Source of the DNA: Bacteroidales bacterium UBA4814
GTDB lineage: Bacteria; Bacteroidota; Bacteroidia; Bacteroidales; UBA7960
Length of the DNA: 64,000 bases
Direction of reading: 5' to 3'
NCBI GenBank assembly: GCA_002402465.1
Contig: DHFW01000002.1
Span: forward strand, 39,027 to 103,026
In this document: piece by piece, positions 16,424 to 26,744 of the stretch
Layout: every line of letters starts with the position of its first letter
Numbering within the stretch: the stretch's first letter is position 1
The notes under the pieces: model-generated
Database searches by the model: none
Seen by the model: the letters and a program-made list of their open reading frames with translations, nothing else
What the model was told of the DNA's origin: nothing
Translations under genes and position numbers: made by a program

Positions 16424-17023
16424 ATGGCAATGAAAGACTTTTGGGATCAGCGATATGCCGAGGAGGGCTTTGTGTATGGCCACGAACCCAACGAATTCTT
16501 TCGCAGGGAGATAGAAAAGCTCATACCCGGACGGCTTTTGCTACCCGGCGAAGGGGAGGGGCGCAATGCCGCCTTTGCCGCCTCATTGGGTTGGGAGGTT
16601 GTGGCATTTGATCAGAGTATTCAGGGCAAGAAGAAGGCCATGGAACTGGCAAAACGAAATACCGTAAGTTTTGACTATCAGGTGGCCGACATTGAAGCCT
16701 TCAGTGCCGAAGAAGAAACATTTGATTGCCTGGCGCTGGTCTTCGTCCATTTCCCCGAAAGGGAAAGAAAAAGACTGCACCAAAAGTTGCTTACTTTTTT
16801 AAAACCCGGCGGAACCTTTATAATGGAGGTTTTTTCGAAAGATCAACTTGGAAAAAGGTCGGGCGGGCCGCAACATCTGGATTTGCTTTACTCGACAGAT
16901 GACTTGGCTGAGGACTTTAAGAAAATGAAAGAATTGCAGATTACTGCCACTGAAACACAGCTGAAAGAAGGGCGTTACCACGAAGGAACGGCAGCAGTGA
17001 TAAGGCTTGCCGGAAGGAAGTAA
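16424..17023 (+). CDS. class I SAM-dependent methyltransferase
   Basis: Motif I-like LLLPGEGEGRNAAFAASLGWEVVAFD; 199 aa. Confidence 0.75.
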   Translation: MAMKDFWDQRYAEEGFVYGHEPNEFFRREIEKLIPGRLLLPGEGEGRNAAFAASLGWEVVAFDQSIQGKKKAMELAKRNTVSFDYQVADIEAFSAEEETFDCLALVFVHFPERERKRLHQKLLTFLKPGGTFIMEVFSKDQLGKRSGGPQHLDLLYSTDDLAEDFKKMKELQITATETQLKEGRYHEGTAAVIRLAGRK

Positions 17024-17041
17024 TTTTCCGCCAAATTTCCC

Positions 17042-17049
17042 TAATTTTG
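17042..17049 (+). promoter_or_regulatory. candidate -7 box TAATTTTG upstream of argS
   Basis: Perfect TAnnTTTG, 23 nt upstream of ATG 17073. No clear -33 element. Confidence 0.35.
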
Positions 17050-17072
17050 CAGCCTGAAAAATTGTACCACAC

Positions 17073-18866
17073 ATGAAGGTTGAAGAAAAGATTTTACTGG
17101 CTGTAGCCGAAATTATTAAGGAGCAATTTGGGCAGGAAGCCTCTGCCTCTACCCTTACCCTGCAAAAAACCCGCAAGGAATTCGAAGGGGATTTTTCCTT
17201 TGTGGTTTTTCCTTTTGTGAAAATGGCCCGCCGCTCGCCCGAGCAAATTGCCGAGGCCGTTGGCAGCGCATTGCTCGAAAAAGTGCCTGAAATAAGTTCC
17301 TTCAATGTTATAAAGGGTTTTCTGAACCTGAGCCTGGGCGGGCAGTACTGGCTCGATTTTCTCAGCCGCGAAATGAACAACACACGCTACGGCCTGCGCG
17401 AGCAACTGGGGGGGGCGCCCGTTGTAGTAGAATATTCTTCGCCCAACACCAACAAACCCCTGCATTTGGGGCACATCCGCAATAATTTGCTGGGGTATTC
17501 AGTGGCCTGTATTCTTGAAGCTGCCGGAAATAAAGTGTACAAAGTAAACCTGGTAAACGACCGTGGCATTCACATCTGCAAATCCATGCTGGCCTGGATG
17601 CGCTTTGGCAATGGCGAAACGCCGGCCTCTTCGGGTAAAAAGGGCGACAAACTCGTGGGCGAATATTATGTGCGCTTCGAAACCGAACTTCGTATCCAGG
17701 TGAAAAAAACGATGGAAGCCAGCGGACTAAGCGAAGAGGAAGCCCGCAAGACTGCCCCGCTTATGCTCGAAGCCCAGGAGTTGCTGCGCAAATGGGAGCT
17801 TCGCGACCCTGATACCATGGCCGTTTGGGAAAAGATGAATGGCTGGGTGTATGAAGGTTTTGACGCTACCTACAAAAGACTGGGCGTTGATTTCGACAAA
17901 GTGTATTATGAGTCGGAAACCTACCTTCTTGGAAAGGACCTGGTAAACGAAGGACTTGAAAAGGGCGTGTTCGTCAGGCGCGATGATGGCTCCGTTTGGG
18001 TCGATCTGACGACTGAAGGCTTGGACGAAAAACTGCTCCTTCGAGCCGATGGAACCTCGGTTTACATGACACAAGACCTTGGCACCGCCCAGCTTCGCTT
18101 CGATGACTTCAAGGCCGAAAAAATGATTTATGTGGTGGGCAATGAGCAGAACTACCACTTCGACGTGCTGCAAAAAGTATTGAAAAAACTGCAAAAACCT
18201 TACGCTGATGCCATTTTTCACCTGAGCTACGGCATGGTGGAGCTGCCCGAGGGCAAAATGAAATCGCGCGAAGGCACCGTGGTCGATGCCGACGATCTGA
18301 TGGACGAAATGGTGGAAACGGCCCGACGCACCACCGAAGAGTTGGGCAAGACCCAGGATTTCAACGAAGAGGAAAAAGCCAGGCTGTTTCATATTATTGG
18401 CCTGGGAGCGCTCAAGTATTTCATTCTTAAGGTCGATCCCAAAAAGAACATGCTCTTCAACCCGGCCGAATCCATCGATTTCAATGGCAACACCGGGCCA
18501 TTTATTCAATATACCTATGCCCGCATCCGTTCCATTTTGCGCACGGCAGGGCAGGAGCAGGTAGAAGCCATACAAATCAGTATGCCGGCCGATAAACTAA
18601 ACCTCCGCGAACGAAACCTGCTCCGAAGCCTCAATGAGTTTCCGCAGGTCGTGGCCGAAGCCGCCGCCGAACTCAGTCCGGCCCAGATTGCCAACTTTAC
18701 CTTCGAGCTTTGCAAGGAGTTCAACCAGTTTTACCACGAGCACAGTGTGCTCAACGAGCCCGACGAGCAGGTTAGCGACTTTCGCATTAAACTTTCGCAA
18801 CTAACCGCCATAACCATTAGCAATGCCATGGGCATGCTTGGCATCGAAGTGCCCGAACGTATGTAG
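17073..18866 (+). CDS. argS: arginine--tRNA ligase
   Basis: 597 aa. Class I signature SSPNTNKPLHLGHIRN and an MKSREG (KMSKS-like) block. The C-terminal anticodon-binding region is typical of ArgS. Confidence 0.92.
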   Translation: MKVEEKILLAVAEIIKEQFGQEASASTLTLQKTRKEFEGDFSFVVFPFVKMARRSPEQIAEAVGSALLEKVPEISSFNVIKGFLNLSLGGQYWLDFLSREMNNTRYGLREQLGGAPVVVEYSSPNTNKPLHLGHIRNNLLGYSVACILEAAGNKVYKVNLVNDRGIHICKSMLAWMRFGNGETPASSGKKGDKLVGEYYVRFETELRIQVKKTMEASGLSEEEARKTAPLMLEAQELLRKWELRDPDTMAVWEKMNGWVYEGFDATYKRLGVDFDKVYYESETYLLGKDLVNEGLEKGVFVRRDDGSVWVDLTTEGLDEKLLLRADGTSVYMTQDLGTAQLRFDDFKAEKMIYVVGNEQNYHFDVLQKVLKKLQKPYADAIFHLSYGMVELPEGKMKSREGTVVDADDLMDEMVETARRTTEELGKTQDFNEEEKARLFHIIGLGALKYFILKVDPKKNMLFNPAESIDFNGNTGPFIQYTYARIRSILRTAGQEQVEAIQISMPADKLNLRERNLLRSLNEFPQVVAEAAAELSPAQIANFTFELCKEFNQFYHEHSVLNEPDEQVSDFRIKLSQLTAITISNAMGMLGIEVPERM

Positions 18867-18949
18867 GTTTTTTACTATCATATATGCAGTTAATCTTTTT
18901 TCTTTCTTAGGGTCATGGCTTGCACGTTGCCTTCGTTGTCGGTCGAACG

Positions 18950-19300
18950 TCAAACCTGTTTGTTGCGGGCAGAGTCAACCACGATCCAGGCTTTTCTGAA
19001 TTGTGCCCCCTGCCCCCAGATAAATATAACCTCGCCGGTATTGTCCCAGCGAAAATCGCCGGTGTTGGTGGCATCGATCTGGGTAATGGCGCTGGAAAAA
19101 GTTTGCTGTCCGCGGCCATTGCCGTAAAAAACTATGGTGCCAGCGTTTTCTATCTTCGTTTCACTGCCGTTGGCAAATAAAACCTCATACTCTTCTATCA
19201 CCCATTCGCCTGCTATGCGCGAGGCCAGCTGACGGGCAGCACTGCACGATACCATGGCCAGCGTGGAAACCAGCAGAATAATCTTTGTCGTAGTTTTCAT
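18950..19300 (-). CDS. small lipoprotein, lipocalin-like (hypothetical)
   Basis: MKTTTKIILLVSTLAMVSCS lipobox. ATG 19300 is preferred to the TTG at 19309. Confidence 0.55.
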   Translation of the reverse strand: MKTTTKIILLVSTLAMVSCSAARQLASRIAGEWVIEEYEVLFANGSETKIENAGTIVFYGNGRGQQTFSSAITQIDATNTGDFRWDNTGEVIFIWGQGAQFRKAWIVVDSARNKQV

Positions 19301-19392
19301 ATAGGTCAAATTTTTAAAATTGAATTAAAAGTTTATTTTATTAAAGATATTAAAGAAATATGAGGATAAGTAGTTTAAAAGAAAGAAAAACA

Positions 19393-19430
19393 GCCCGGCA
19401 AGTTCCAGATTAATATCAGACTTGCCGGGC
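19393..19430 (-). terminator. rho-independent terminator downstream of the AbgT-family gene
   Basis: Perfect 11-bp stem GCCCGGCAAGT / ACTTGCCGGGC. There are T-rich tracts on both strands (minus: TGTTTTTCTTTC). Confidence 0.7.
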
Positions 19431-19461
19431 AGTTTTTAACATCAGGGTGAAGCCAAACTTG

Positions 19462-21009
19462 TTAATTCATAAAAATGGGGCCATCGGGGCCAAGCGGAAT
19501 GCCAAGAAGTATCCATATCACCAGCATTGCTACCCAGAATAGGGTAAGCATTACCGTATAGGGAATCATGGTGGAAATAATGGTGCCAATGCCGTATTTT
19601 TCATCGTATTTCTGGGCAAAGGTTACAATTAGTGCAAAATAACTCATCATGGGGGTAATGAGGTTTGTTACCGAATCGCCAATGCGGAATGCTGCCTGGG
19701 TAAGGCCCGGGTGATAGGGTGGGTCGATAAGCATAAGCATGGGGATAAACACCGGTGCCATAATGGCCCATTTGGCCGATGCACTTCCCATAAACATATT
19801 GATAAATGCCGAAAGTATAACAAAGGCTACAATCAGGGTAACCCCGGTGAGCCCTATGTTCTGCAGCCCCTGCGCACCCTTAATGGCCACAATAATACCC
19901 AGGTTGCTGTAGTTGAAGAAATACACGAACTGGGCCGCGAAGAACACCAGCACGATGTACCCGCCCATGCCGGCCATCGACTGGGTAATGTGCTTGGCCA
20001 CGTGCTTGTCGTTTTTAATGGTGCCCACCACAATACCGTAAATAAGGCCCGGGATAAAGAACATGAGCAGAATGCCAATGATAATGCCCTGGAAAAAGGG
20101 AGAGTGCAGCACTGAGCCGGTTTGCGGATCGCGGAAGATTCCCCAGGAGGGAACCACACTGAGCGCAAGCAGCGCCAAGGTAACCAACAAACCGTAACCA
20201 GCCCAGCGAAGACCTTTCTTTTCGATAGGGGTAAGTTGTTCAATGGGCAGTTTTTCGGCGTTGCCGGTATATTTACCCAGACGGGGCTCCACAATTTTCT
20301 CTGTTACCCAGGTGCCGATAATAATCACCAGGAAGCTGGAGAAAAACATGAAGTAATAGTTCACCGCAGGGTTTACCACCATATTGGGGATGATCATTCT
20401 TGCTGCCGACTCGCTGATACCAGCCAATATGGGGTCGATGGAGCCAATAAAGAAGTTGGCCCCGAAGCCCCCGCTCACGCCACAAAAAGCGGCCGCGAGG
20501 CCCGCCATGGGGTGGCGTCCCAGGGCATGAAAGATCATTGCGCCCAGTGGAATCAGCACCACATAGCCTGCTTCAGAAGCCAGATGCGAGATCAAACCAG
20601 CTGTTACAATGGCACCTGTGACCAGCTTGGGCGGAGAGCTTAATACCAGCGAACGGATCATGACCGTAAAAAGGCCCGAGCCTTCTGCTACCCCGATGCC
20701 TACCATCACCACAAGCACATAGCCCAGTGGCGGGAATTTCAGGAAGTTGACAATAATGTTAGTGTAGATCCACCTGAAACCATCGCCGCTGATCAGGTTG
20801 TTTACAGTGATAATGGTGCCATCCACCGGATGCTCAGCACTTACTCCAAATACAGCAGAAAACCACGAAAGGATCATTACTGCAACAGCAAGCAGAAAAA
20901 ACAGGGTGGCGGGGTGGGGCAGCTTGTTGCCCACAATCTCGATAAAGTCGAGCGATTTGGCAAAGGCCCGCGAAGAGAAACGTTTAATAGCTTTTAAAAA
21001 GTCCTTCAT
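19462..21009 (-). CDS. AbgT family transporter (p-aminobenzoyl-glutamate/dipeptide-type)
   Basis: 515-aa polytopic membrane ORF. The N-terminus LDFIEIVGNKLPHPATLFFLLA is typical of AbgT. Confidence 0.8.
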   Translation of the reverse strand: MKDFLKAIKRFSSRAFAKSLDFIEIVGNKLPHPATLFFLLAVAVMILSWFSAVFGVSAEHPVDGTIITVNNLISGDGFRWIYTNIIVNFLKFPPLGYVLVVMVGIGVAEGSGLFTVMIRSLVLSSPPKLVTGAIVTAGLISHLASEAGYVVLIPLGAMIFHALGRHPMAGLAAAFCGVSGGFGANFFIGSIDPILAGISESAARMIIPNMVVNPAVNYYFMFFSSFLVIIIGTWVTEKIVEPRLGKYTGNAEKLPIEQLTPIEKKGLRWAGYGLLVTLALLALSVVPSWGIFRDPQTGSVLHSPFFQGIIIGILLMFFIPGLIYGIVVGTIKNDKHVAKHITQSMAGMGGYIVLVFFAAQFVYFFNYSNLGIIVAIKGAQGLQNIGLTGVTLIVAFVILSAFINMFMGSASAKWAIMAPVFIPMLMLIDPPYHPGLTQAAFRIGDSVTNLITPMMSYFALIVTFAQKYDEKYGIGTIISTMIPYTVMLTLFWVAMLVIWILLGIPLGPDGPIFMN

Positions 21010-21058
21010 TCGAGTGATGTTTATAGATTACTGCCCCTGGGGCGAATTTTCCGGCCAG

Positions 21059-21088
21059 GAGGGCATACAGCCTTGGTTGTATGCCCTC
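21059..21088. other. perfect 11-bp stem-loop without a U-tract
   Basis: GAGGGCATACA (21059-21069) / TGTATGCCCTC (21078-21088), 8-nt loop. It lies between the S9 peptidase stop and the AbgT start. Confidence 0.5.
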
Positions 21089-21136
21089 TGCTAAGCTATT
21101 GCCGGCAAAGATAAAATATTTGTTTTGATTCCGGGA

Positions 21137-23164
21137 CTAAAAGCCTAAGTCGGGATATTTTTCGGGCAATTCATCCCCGCTTTTTCCTTCTTTAAGAAAA
21201 TGATCGAACCACTGCATGGTGCGCACAATATAGTCGAGCCGGTGGGTGTTGCGGCGGTTGCCATGGCCTTCGCCCTTATACCAGATTAGCCTGACGGGTG
21301 TTTCGGTGTGCATCTTGATGGCCCGGTAAAGCTCGAGGCTTTGCTGGGGATGAACCCGTGGGTCGGAATCTCCGTGCAGAATCAGGATGGGCGTTTTGGC
21401 CTCATGGGCATATTTTATGGGACTGGAAGCGTACACCCTGTCCACGTCTTCATGATTCCAAAAACCCCAGTGCACATAGTAATCTTCCCAGGGAATGTCG
21501 GTGGTATGGCGTTTGGAAACCTGGTTGCTGATGCCTACAAACATCACGGCGGCGGCAAATCGTTCGGTATGGCGCGTGGCCGACCAAGCGCTGAAATACC
21601 CGCCATAAGAGCCTCCGCCAATGCCCACCCGGTTGCGGTCCACATATCCGATGTTGATCAGGTGATCTATGCCATCGAGCACATCGTCATATTCCACTCC
21701 GGCGAGGTCGCCATAGCCTACCATGGTGAAATCTACTCCGCGTCCGGAACTGGCGCGATAGTTTGGTGCAAACACAAAGTATCCGCGTGCAGCAGCCACC
21801 TGTCCCCAGGTGCCGTAGCCGGTAAACCAGCCATTTTGCACAGCGGCTTCAGGTCCTCCGTGGATATAGGTGATGAGCGGATATTGTTTTCCGGCTTCAT
21901 AATCGAGGGGATAAATCAAAACCCCTTCAATGCGCATGCCATCGCGGGCATTGTATTCGAGCTTTTCCTGGCGGGCGAGCCTTATGCCTGCCAGCCAGTC
22001 GTTGTGATTGGTATGGCGGGTGAGGGTTTTGCGGCGCATTTCGAGCGTGAACAGCTCTGCCGGATGCTGTGGGGTATGCCCGGCAAAAGCTACCATGCCA
22101 TCCACAAAACTGAAACCGCGAAATATCAGTTGGCCGGGCTCAATGAGCAGGTTACGCGCACCGCGGTCCACGCGCTGCTCGCTCAGGGTAATATCAACGC
22201 CTTCTTCGGCGGCAAACAATACCGTGTTGTTGTCTTTCCAGGTGTGGCTTATTACCGACAGCTCCATGCCTTCCACCAGGTTGCGCAATTCGCTGAACTG
22301 CTTTTGGGTGGGCACATCCATTACAAAAAGGCTTCCAACCACCGCATCTTCCAGCTTGCTGGCAGATTGGAATGCAATCTTTTTCCCATCGGGGCTCCAG
22401 GCCATGCTACCCAGCTTGCCGGGATTCTCCATCAGCAGGGTGGTCTCCCCCGTTTGCATATTCACCAGGTGAATGCGCTTAAACATATAGCTGTCGTCTA
22501 CCAGGTTTTGCGGGGCAATGGCTGCGGCCGCCCATTTCTTGTCAGGGCTGAGGGCGAAGTCGAACACGGTGCCGTTGCTGGTAACCTGCCTTGCTTCGTG
22601 GGTGTTGGTGTTATAAACGTAGAGGTTAATGTGGCGCCACTCTTCTTCGAACACTTCAATGTCCATGCCTTTTCGGCGATAGTTGGCAATGGCCTGATCG
22701 GCGGGCCCTGTGGCAGTAATGGCCAGGGTGTTGGCATCCATAAATTCGTAGGCATTTACGCCCAGCGGGTGGCGTGTAATGGCAAAGGCTTCACCGCCCC
22801 GGAGGCTGATGCCATACACCTGGGTGCCGGGCTGATCGGGAAAATTTGCCCTGAAGGTGATGGTTTCACCGTCAGGCGCCCAGCCTATGCCAAACAAAGT
22901 GCGTTTTCCGGTAATGAACGGCCGGGTTTGCTGGGTAAGCACATTGTAAACATACAACTCGCGGTAATCACCCCCCGGAGCATCTGTAAAGGGTCTGGGC
23001 ACATTTACCGTGAAGGCAATTTGGTTTTTGTCGGGCGAGAGGGCAACCTCGGCCACCGATTTCACATCAAAAATATTGTGCGTGGTCAGCACTTCCTGGC
23101 TGAAAGTTTTCCCCGAAAGGGAGAAAAAAACAAGCAGCAGGACAAAAAGTCTGTATTTCTGCAT
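21137..23164 (-). CDS. S9 family serine peptidase (beta-propeller + alpha/beta hydrolase)
   Basis: Signal peptide. Catalytic serine context GIGGGSYGGYFS and C-terminal ILHGDSDPRV / GEGHG blocks; 675 aa. Confidence 0.85.
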   Translation of the reverse strand: MQKYRLFVLLLVFFSLSGKTFSQEVLTTHNIFDVKSVAEVALSPDKNQIAFTVNVPRPFTDAPGGDYRELYVYNVLTQQTRPFITGKRTLFGIGWAPDGETITFRANFPDQPGTQVYGISLRGGEAFAITRHPLGVNAYEFMDANTLAITATGPADQAIANYRRKGMDIEVFEEEWRHINLYVYNTNTHEARQVTSNGTVFDFALSPDKKWAAAAIAPQNLVDDSYMFKRIHLVNMQTGETTLLMENPGKLGSMAWSPDGKKIAFQSASKLEDAVVGSLFVMDVPTQKQFSELRNLVEGMELSVISHTWKDNNTVLFAAEEGVDITLSEQRVDRGARNLLIEPGQLIFRGFSFVDGMVAFAGHTPQHPAELFTLEMRRKTLTRHTNHNDWLAGIRLARQEKLEYNARDGMRIEGVLIYPLDYEAGKQYPLITYIHGGPEAAVQNGWFTGYGTWGQVAAARGYFVFAPNYRASSGRGVDFTMVGYGDLAGVEYDDVLDGIDHLINIGYVDRNRVGIGGGSYGGYFSAWSATRHTERFAAAVMFVGISNQVSKRHTTDIPWEDYYVHWGFWNHEDVDRVYASSPIKYAHEAKTPILILHGDSDPRVHPQQSLELYRAIKMHTETPVRLIWYKGEGHGNRRNTHRLDYIVRTMQWFDHFLKEGKSGDELPEKYPDLGF

Positions 23165-23283
23165 GGTGACTTGATTTGGTTTGTTGTAATTGGTTTTTTG
23201 GTGGTAAAAATAAAAAAATCCTCAGAAAGCCATGAAATTCTTTGACTTCTGAAGACCGAAAGTTGTTTTTGGCAGACAGATGA

Positions 23284-24105
23284 TCAGTTTAACTCTTCGT
23301 GCCAGATAAAACTGTCGTGAAATGCCTGTTTAAGGTTTTCTGCCGGTTTTTTTTCGAACAAACCGAATATGGCCGAGCCACTTCCGCTCATAGCTGCATA
23401 AATTGCACCCTGGCTGTAAAGTTTCGTTTTAATTTTCCCCAAAAGGGGATGTTTTGAGAAAAGGCTTTCTTCAAAGTCGTTTTTTAGTTCGTTTTTCCAG
23501 GTGTGCAATGGCTGTGCCAGAATTTCAGCTACTGAGCTGGCGGGCTGTGCTGGTTTAACTCCTGCATAGGCTTTGGCGGTGCTGATGTGCAGCCTGGGCC
23601 TTATAAGCAACAGGTGCAATCCTTTCAGCGAAAGCGAAATGGGTTGCAATATTTCGCCCCTGCCTGTGGCCAGCATGGGTTCATTGCGGATGAAAAATGG
23701 GCAGTCGCTGCCCAGTTGAGCGGCCAGGAGCTCCAGGTCTGAGGAGTTCAACCCCAGCGAGAATTTTTCGTTGAGCATTTTAAGGGTGAAGGCGGCATCG
23801 GCGCTTCCTCCGCCCAGGCCCGAACCCGCCGGAACAACCTTGTGCAGGTGAAGGTGGACTTGGGGAATACGAAACTCTTGGTGCATCAGCCAAAAAGCCT
23901 GCTCGCAGAGGTTGGGCTTACCATCGGATGGAATTTGAATCCCACTTGATGAAAAGGCATATTTACCGTCGGGCGCTTCGATTAATTCCAGTCTATCTGA
24001 CAGTCCGATGGGAAACAGCACCGATTCAATGTTGTGAAACCCGTCGGTGCGGCGGTTCAGGATGTGCAGGCCCAGGTTGATTTTTGCATTCGGAAAGGCG
24101 ATCAT
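23284..24105 (-). CDS. ispE: 4-(cytidine 5'-diphospho)-2-C-methyl-D-erythritol kinase
   Basis: GHMP-kinase motif VPAGSGLGGGSADAA. N-terminus AFPNAKINLGLHIL. Confidence 0.88.
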   Translation of the reverse strand: MIAFPNAKINLGLHILNRRTDGFHNIESVLFPIGLSDRLELIEAPDGKYAFSSSGIQIPSDGKPNLCEQAFWLMHQEFRIPQVHLHLHKVVPAGSGLGGGSADAAFTLKMLNEKFSLGLNSSDLELLAAQLGSDCPFFIRNEPMLATGRGEILQPISLSLKGLHLLLIRPRLHISTAKAYAGVKPAQPASSVAEILAQPLHTWKNELKNDFEESLFSKHPLLGKIKTKLYSQGAIYAAMSGSGSAIFGLFEKKPAENLKQAFHDSFIWHEELN

Positions 24106-24125
24106 AGAAAGGTAATTTTGGCAAA

Positions 24126-26726
24126 TCAGGGTCCGTTTTCATCCCATTCAATTTCGAAGCGGGTATTGGTTCTTTTGTTGCGGCGGGTATTTTCGCGTGT
24201 ATCGGGTTCGTTTAAATTCGCGGGTTCTTCTGGTTGCTGGTTTCCGCCAAACTCGCGCCGGAAGGCATCGCGCAAATTTTGTCCCTCGCGCCTGAGGTTG
24301 TCGCGCATTTTTTCACGCACGCCCTGGGTGTCGTAACGGAAAACGGGCTCGTCGGTGGTGCCGGTAAGGCGCAGAAACAGGGTGGTGCGGCCCAGACCAT
24401 CGTCAATAATGTCGCCATATTGCTCCTGTGGATTTCGGCTCTGGCGGTTTTTGCGCGAGAGGATATCGCTGAGCAGTATTTGCAGGCGGTAGTCAATTTC
24501 ATTTTCGAAGGTATGCTCGCCCGAGAGTTTCAGGTTTAGCGCGCTGGAGCTAATCTCCATGTCGGGGATGAAAATTCTCTGATCTTTGATCCGGATCTGG
24601 TTTTCGAGGGTAGAAAAAGTCACCCTGTCCAAATCGTCCACTCTCAGGAATCGCGAGAGGGCCAGCATGGGTTCAAAGTCGATCAGGGCGCCTTGCTCCA
24701 CCCGCATATTGGCAATGGTTTCTATGCTTGCGTAATCCACATCGAGGGTTGGCGTCCAGCGGCCCGAAAACTGCACATCGGCGGTCATCTTTCCGAAAAT
24801 ATGCTCATCGGTAATGCTTTCTTGCCCGAAATTGCCCATTTGATAAAACAACTTGTTAATATCCACCCCGTTAATCCTGGCTTCGCAGCCCACGGTAAAG
24901 TAGTCGTTGCGAATTCCGTCGATGTATCCAGAAGCCCTGATCTGCCCATCCATGGCACGGAAGGCCACATCCTGGGCCAGGAAGCGTTTGTTTTGCAGGC
25001 TGGCGCGGCCCATTACGTGGGTTGCCTCAAACTTCTTAAAGGTAAGATGCACCACGTTGGCTTCGAGGTTAAAGCCCAGCCGGTCGGAAAAGCTCAGGCG
25101 GTAGGTGGTGTCGGTGCCGCTTACGCTGTATTTTAGCAACTCGTTAAAGTTGAGGTTGTTGCTGTAGAGGCTTGTAACGATATTCAGCTTTTCGTTTTCA
25201 AGAAAAAGAAAGGGCAGCACATTGCTAAAATAGCCTTTCAGTTCAAAATCGCTGCTTCCGGCGTGTCCGCTGAAATTTTCGATGACCAGGTCGTTGTTGT
25301 TGAAAAGGAATGCCCCGTTAAATTCGCGAAACGCCAGGGGATTCTCCTTAATTTCGAATGATAAATTCTCGTAGCTGAATGTGCCTGTAGCCCTGGCCGA
25401 TACAAAATCCTGCCCTGTGAAGCGGTTTTTCTCGCTCATGCCGCCCTTGAAGTTCAGGTCCATATGTATGCGGCCCTTTGCCTTGCTGATAGTGTCGATG
25501 CGGAACAGCTTGACCAGGTCGCCGGCATCGGCATCGGCAAACATTTTAAAGTCGAGCCTGGGCTTGGTAAAGTCGAACAGGGTAAAGTTGCCGCGCAGCA
25601 CCCCCTTGTTGATGGTGGTATGGAAATCGGAAAACGAAAGGGTGGAGGTCGAAAGCTTGTTTGCCGTTCCGTTGTCGAAGTTGCCGTCGAAATCCATCTT
25701 GCGAAGATCGAGGCCGCTGCCCCTGTGTTGCAACTCCCCACCCGATACTTTGAAGACAAGACTGATATGCGGGTTTTCTGATTTACTCAGCAGGCCTTTT
25801 ATTTCAGCCTCCGCTTTTAGGATACCTTTGCCGCGATAACCCTCCACATAGGGCAAAAGAGCTTCTGGGAGGTCGCCCAGCAACTGCCCCAGCTGAAGCT
25901 GGTTTCCGGCAATATAGGTGTCGAAAAACAAGCCTTCTTCAAGGTTGTTCATGCTGCCTGTTACATCAAAGACATTTTGGTTGATTTTTAGATTGCCTTT
26001 CTTGAAAACAAACTCGCGATAGTTGGTAACCTCCATTATCATATCGAGCTCCACAGGCCTCTCCCTGATAATTACGGCCGAATCGATGGCCAGCATATGT
26101 GCCATGAGGTTTCCCCGGGCGGTAAGCTGGAAAAAATCATTGCGGAAATTTCCGCTCATGTTGGCTCTGTCAATGTCGAGGTCTACAAGGTGGTTTCCGG
26201 CAATGTCATGATAAACGAAGTGAACGCCATTGAGCAACACTTTTCTCAGGTCGAAGGCAAATTCACCCTCACCTTCACCTTCTTCTTTCTGCCAGATTTC
26301 GTAATTGGGTTTGCCTTCTTTGCTGATTTCCAGGTTCAGTTGTGCCCTGTTTATCTCTACTTCGCGAATGGTATAGTTGCCAAGCAAAAGGCTCCAGAGG
26401 TTAAACTTAAGGTATATCCGGCTGGCTTCAAGCAAATTATTCTCGCTTAAGGGCTGCCCTGGCTCTGCTACTTTTATTCCTGAAAAGGTAACCGAAGCCA
26501 GCGGAAAGCGCCGGATCAGGTCAAGTTTAATATTGTCAACCGCAACCTCGGTGGTGAGGTTGCGGTTGATGTTTTCCACCACAAGTTCTTTGATCCTGTT
26601 TTGGAATATCAGGGCCATCAGACTCAGGATCAGAAAAAGGGCTGCAATAAACAATCCGCCTGATATTCCTGCAATTTTCAGAAATTTCAGCGTCAACTGT
26701 TTTTTATTGAGCCCTGTCTGCTCCAT
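24126..26726 (-). CDS. AsmA-like family membrane-anchored protein
   Basis: 866 aa. N-terminal TM anchor, then a long beta-rich region with an AsmA-like N-terminus (IKELVVENINRNLTTEVAVDNIKLDLIRRFPLASVTFSGIKV). Confidence 0.7.
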   Translation of the reverse strand: MEQTGLNKKQLTLKFLKIAGISGGLFIAALFLILSLMALIFQNRIKELVVENINRNLTTEVAVDNIKLDLIRRFPLASVTFSGIKVAEPGQPLSENNLLEASRIYLKFNLWSLLLGNYTIREVEINRAQLNLEISKEGKPNYEIWQKEEGEGEGEFAFDLRKVLLNGVHFVYHDIAGNHLVDLDIDRANMSGNFRNDFFQLTARGNLMAHMLAIDSAVIIRERPVELDMIMEVTNYREFVFKKGNLKINQNVFDVTGSMNNLEEGLFFDTYIAGNQLQLGQLLGDLPEALLPYVEGYRGKGILKAEAEIKGLLSKSENPHISLVFKVSGGELQHRGSGLDLRKMDFDGNFDNGTANKLSTSTLSFSDFHTTINKGVLRGNFTLFDFTKPRLDFKMFADADAGDLVKLFRIDTISKAKGRIHMDLNFKGGMSEKNRFTGQDFVSARATGTFSYENLSFEIKENPLAFREFNGAFLFNNNDLVIENFSGHAGSSDFELKGYFSNVLPFLFLENEKLNIVTSLYSNNLNFNELLKYSVSGTDTTYRLSFSDRLGFNLEANVVHLTFKKFEATHVMGRASLQNKRFLAQDVAFRAMDGQIRASGYIDGIRNDYFTVGCEARINGVDINKLFYQMGNFGQESITDEHIFGKMTADVQFSGRWTPTLDVDYASIETIANMRVEQGALIDFEPMLALSRFLRVDDLDRVTFSTLENQIRIKDQRIFIPDMEISSSALNLKLSGEHTFENEIDYRLQILLSDILSRKNRQSRNPQEQYGDIIDDGLGRTTLFLRLTGTTDEPVFRYDTQGVREKMRDNLRREGQNLRDAFRREFGGNQQPEEPANLNEPDTRENTRRNKRTNTRFEIEWDENGP

Positions 26727-26744
26727 AGGTTTATTTCTGTGTTT

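Noticed and set aside
18890-18952. The small lipoprotein gene ends at TGA (18950-18952) but stays open in-frame for 19 more codons (RSTDNEGNVQAMTLRKKKD, then TAA at 18890-18892). This hints at a nonsense mutation or read-through.
   Set aside because: Nineteen stop-free codons are expected by chance quite often. Other genes here terminate normally at TGA (for example GH3, engB and murC), which excludes TGA reassignment. I cannot show from sequence alone that the extension is conserved.
21308-23245. A 645-aa plus-strand ORF antisense to the S9 peptidase gene. Similar long antisense ORFs include 12615..13535, 17727..18575, 14489..15220, 11184..11873 and 41423..42046.
   Set aside because: These are shadow ORFs. 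21308 and the sense codons (low coordinate 23162) share the same codon register (both are 2 mod 3). In that register the antisense frame only hits a stop where the sense gene uses TTA, CTA or TCA, and this genome evidently avoids those codons. The translations are low-information (G/A/V/H-rich) with no recognisable motifs, while the sense strands encode clear protein families.
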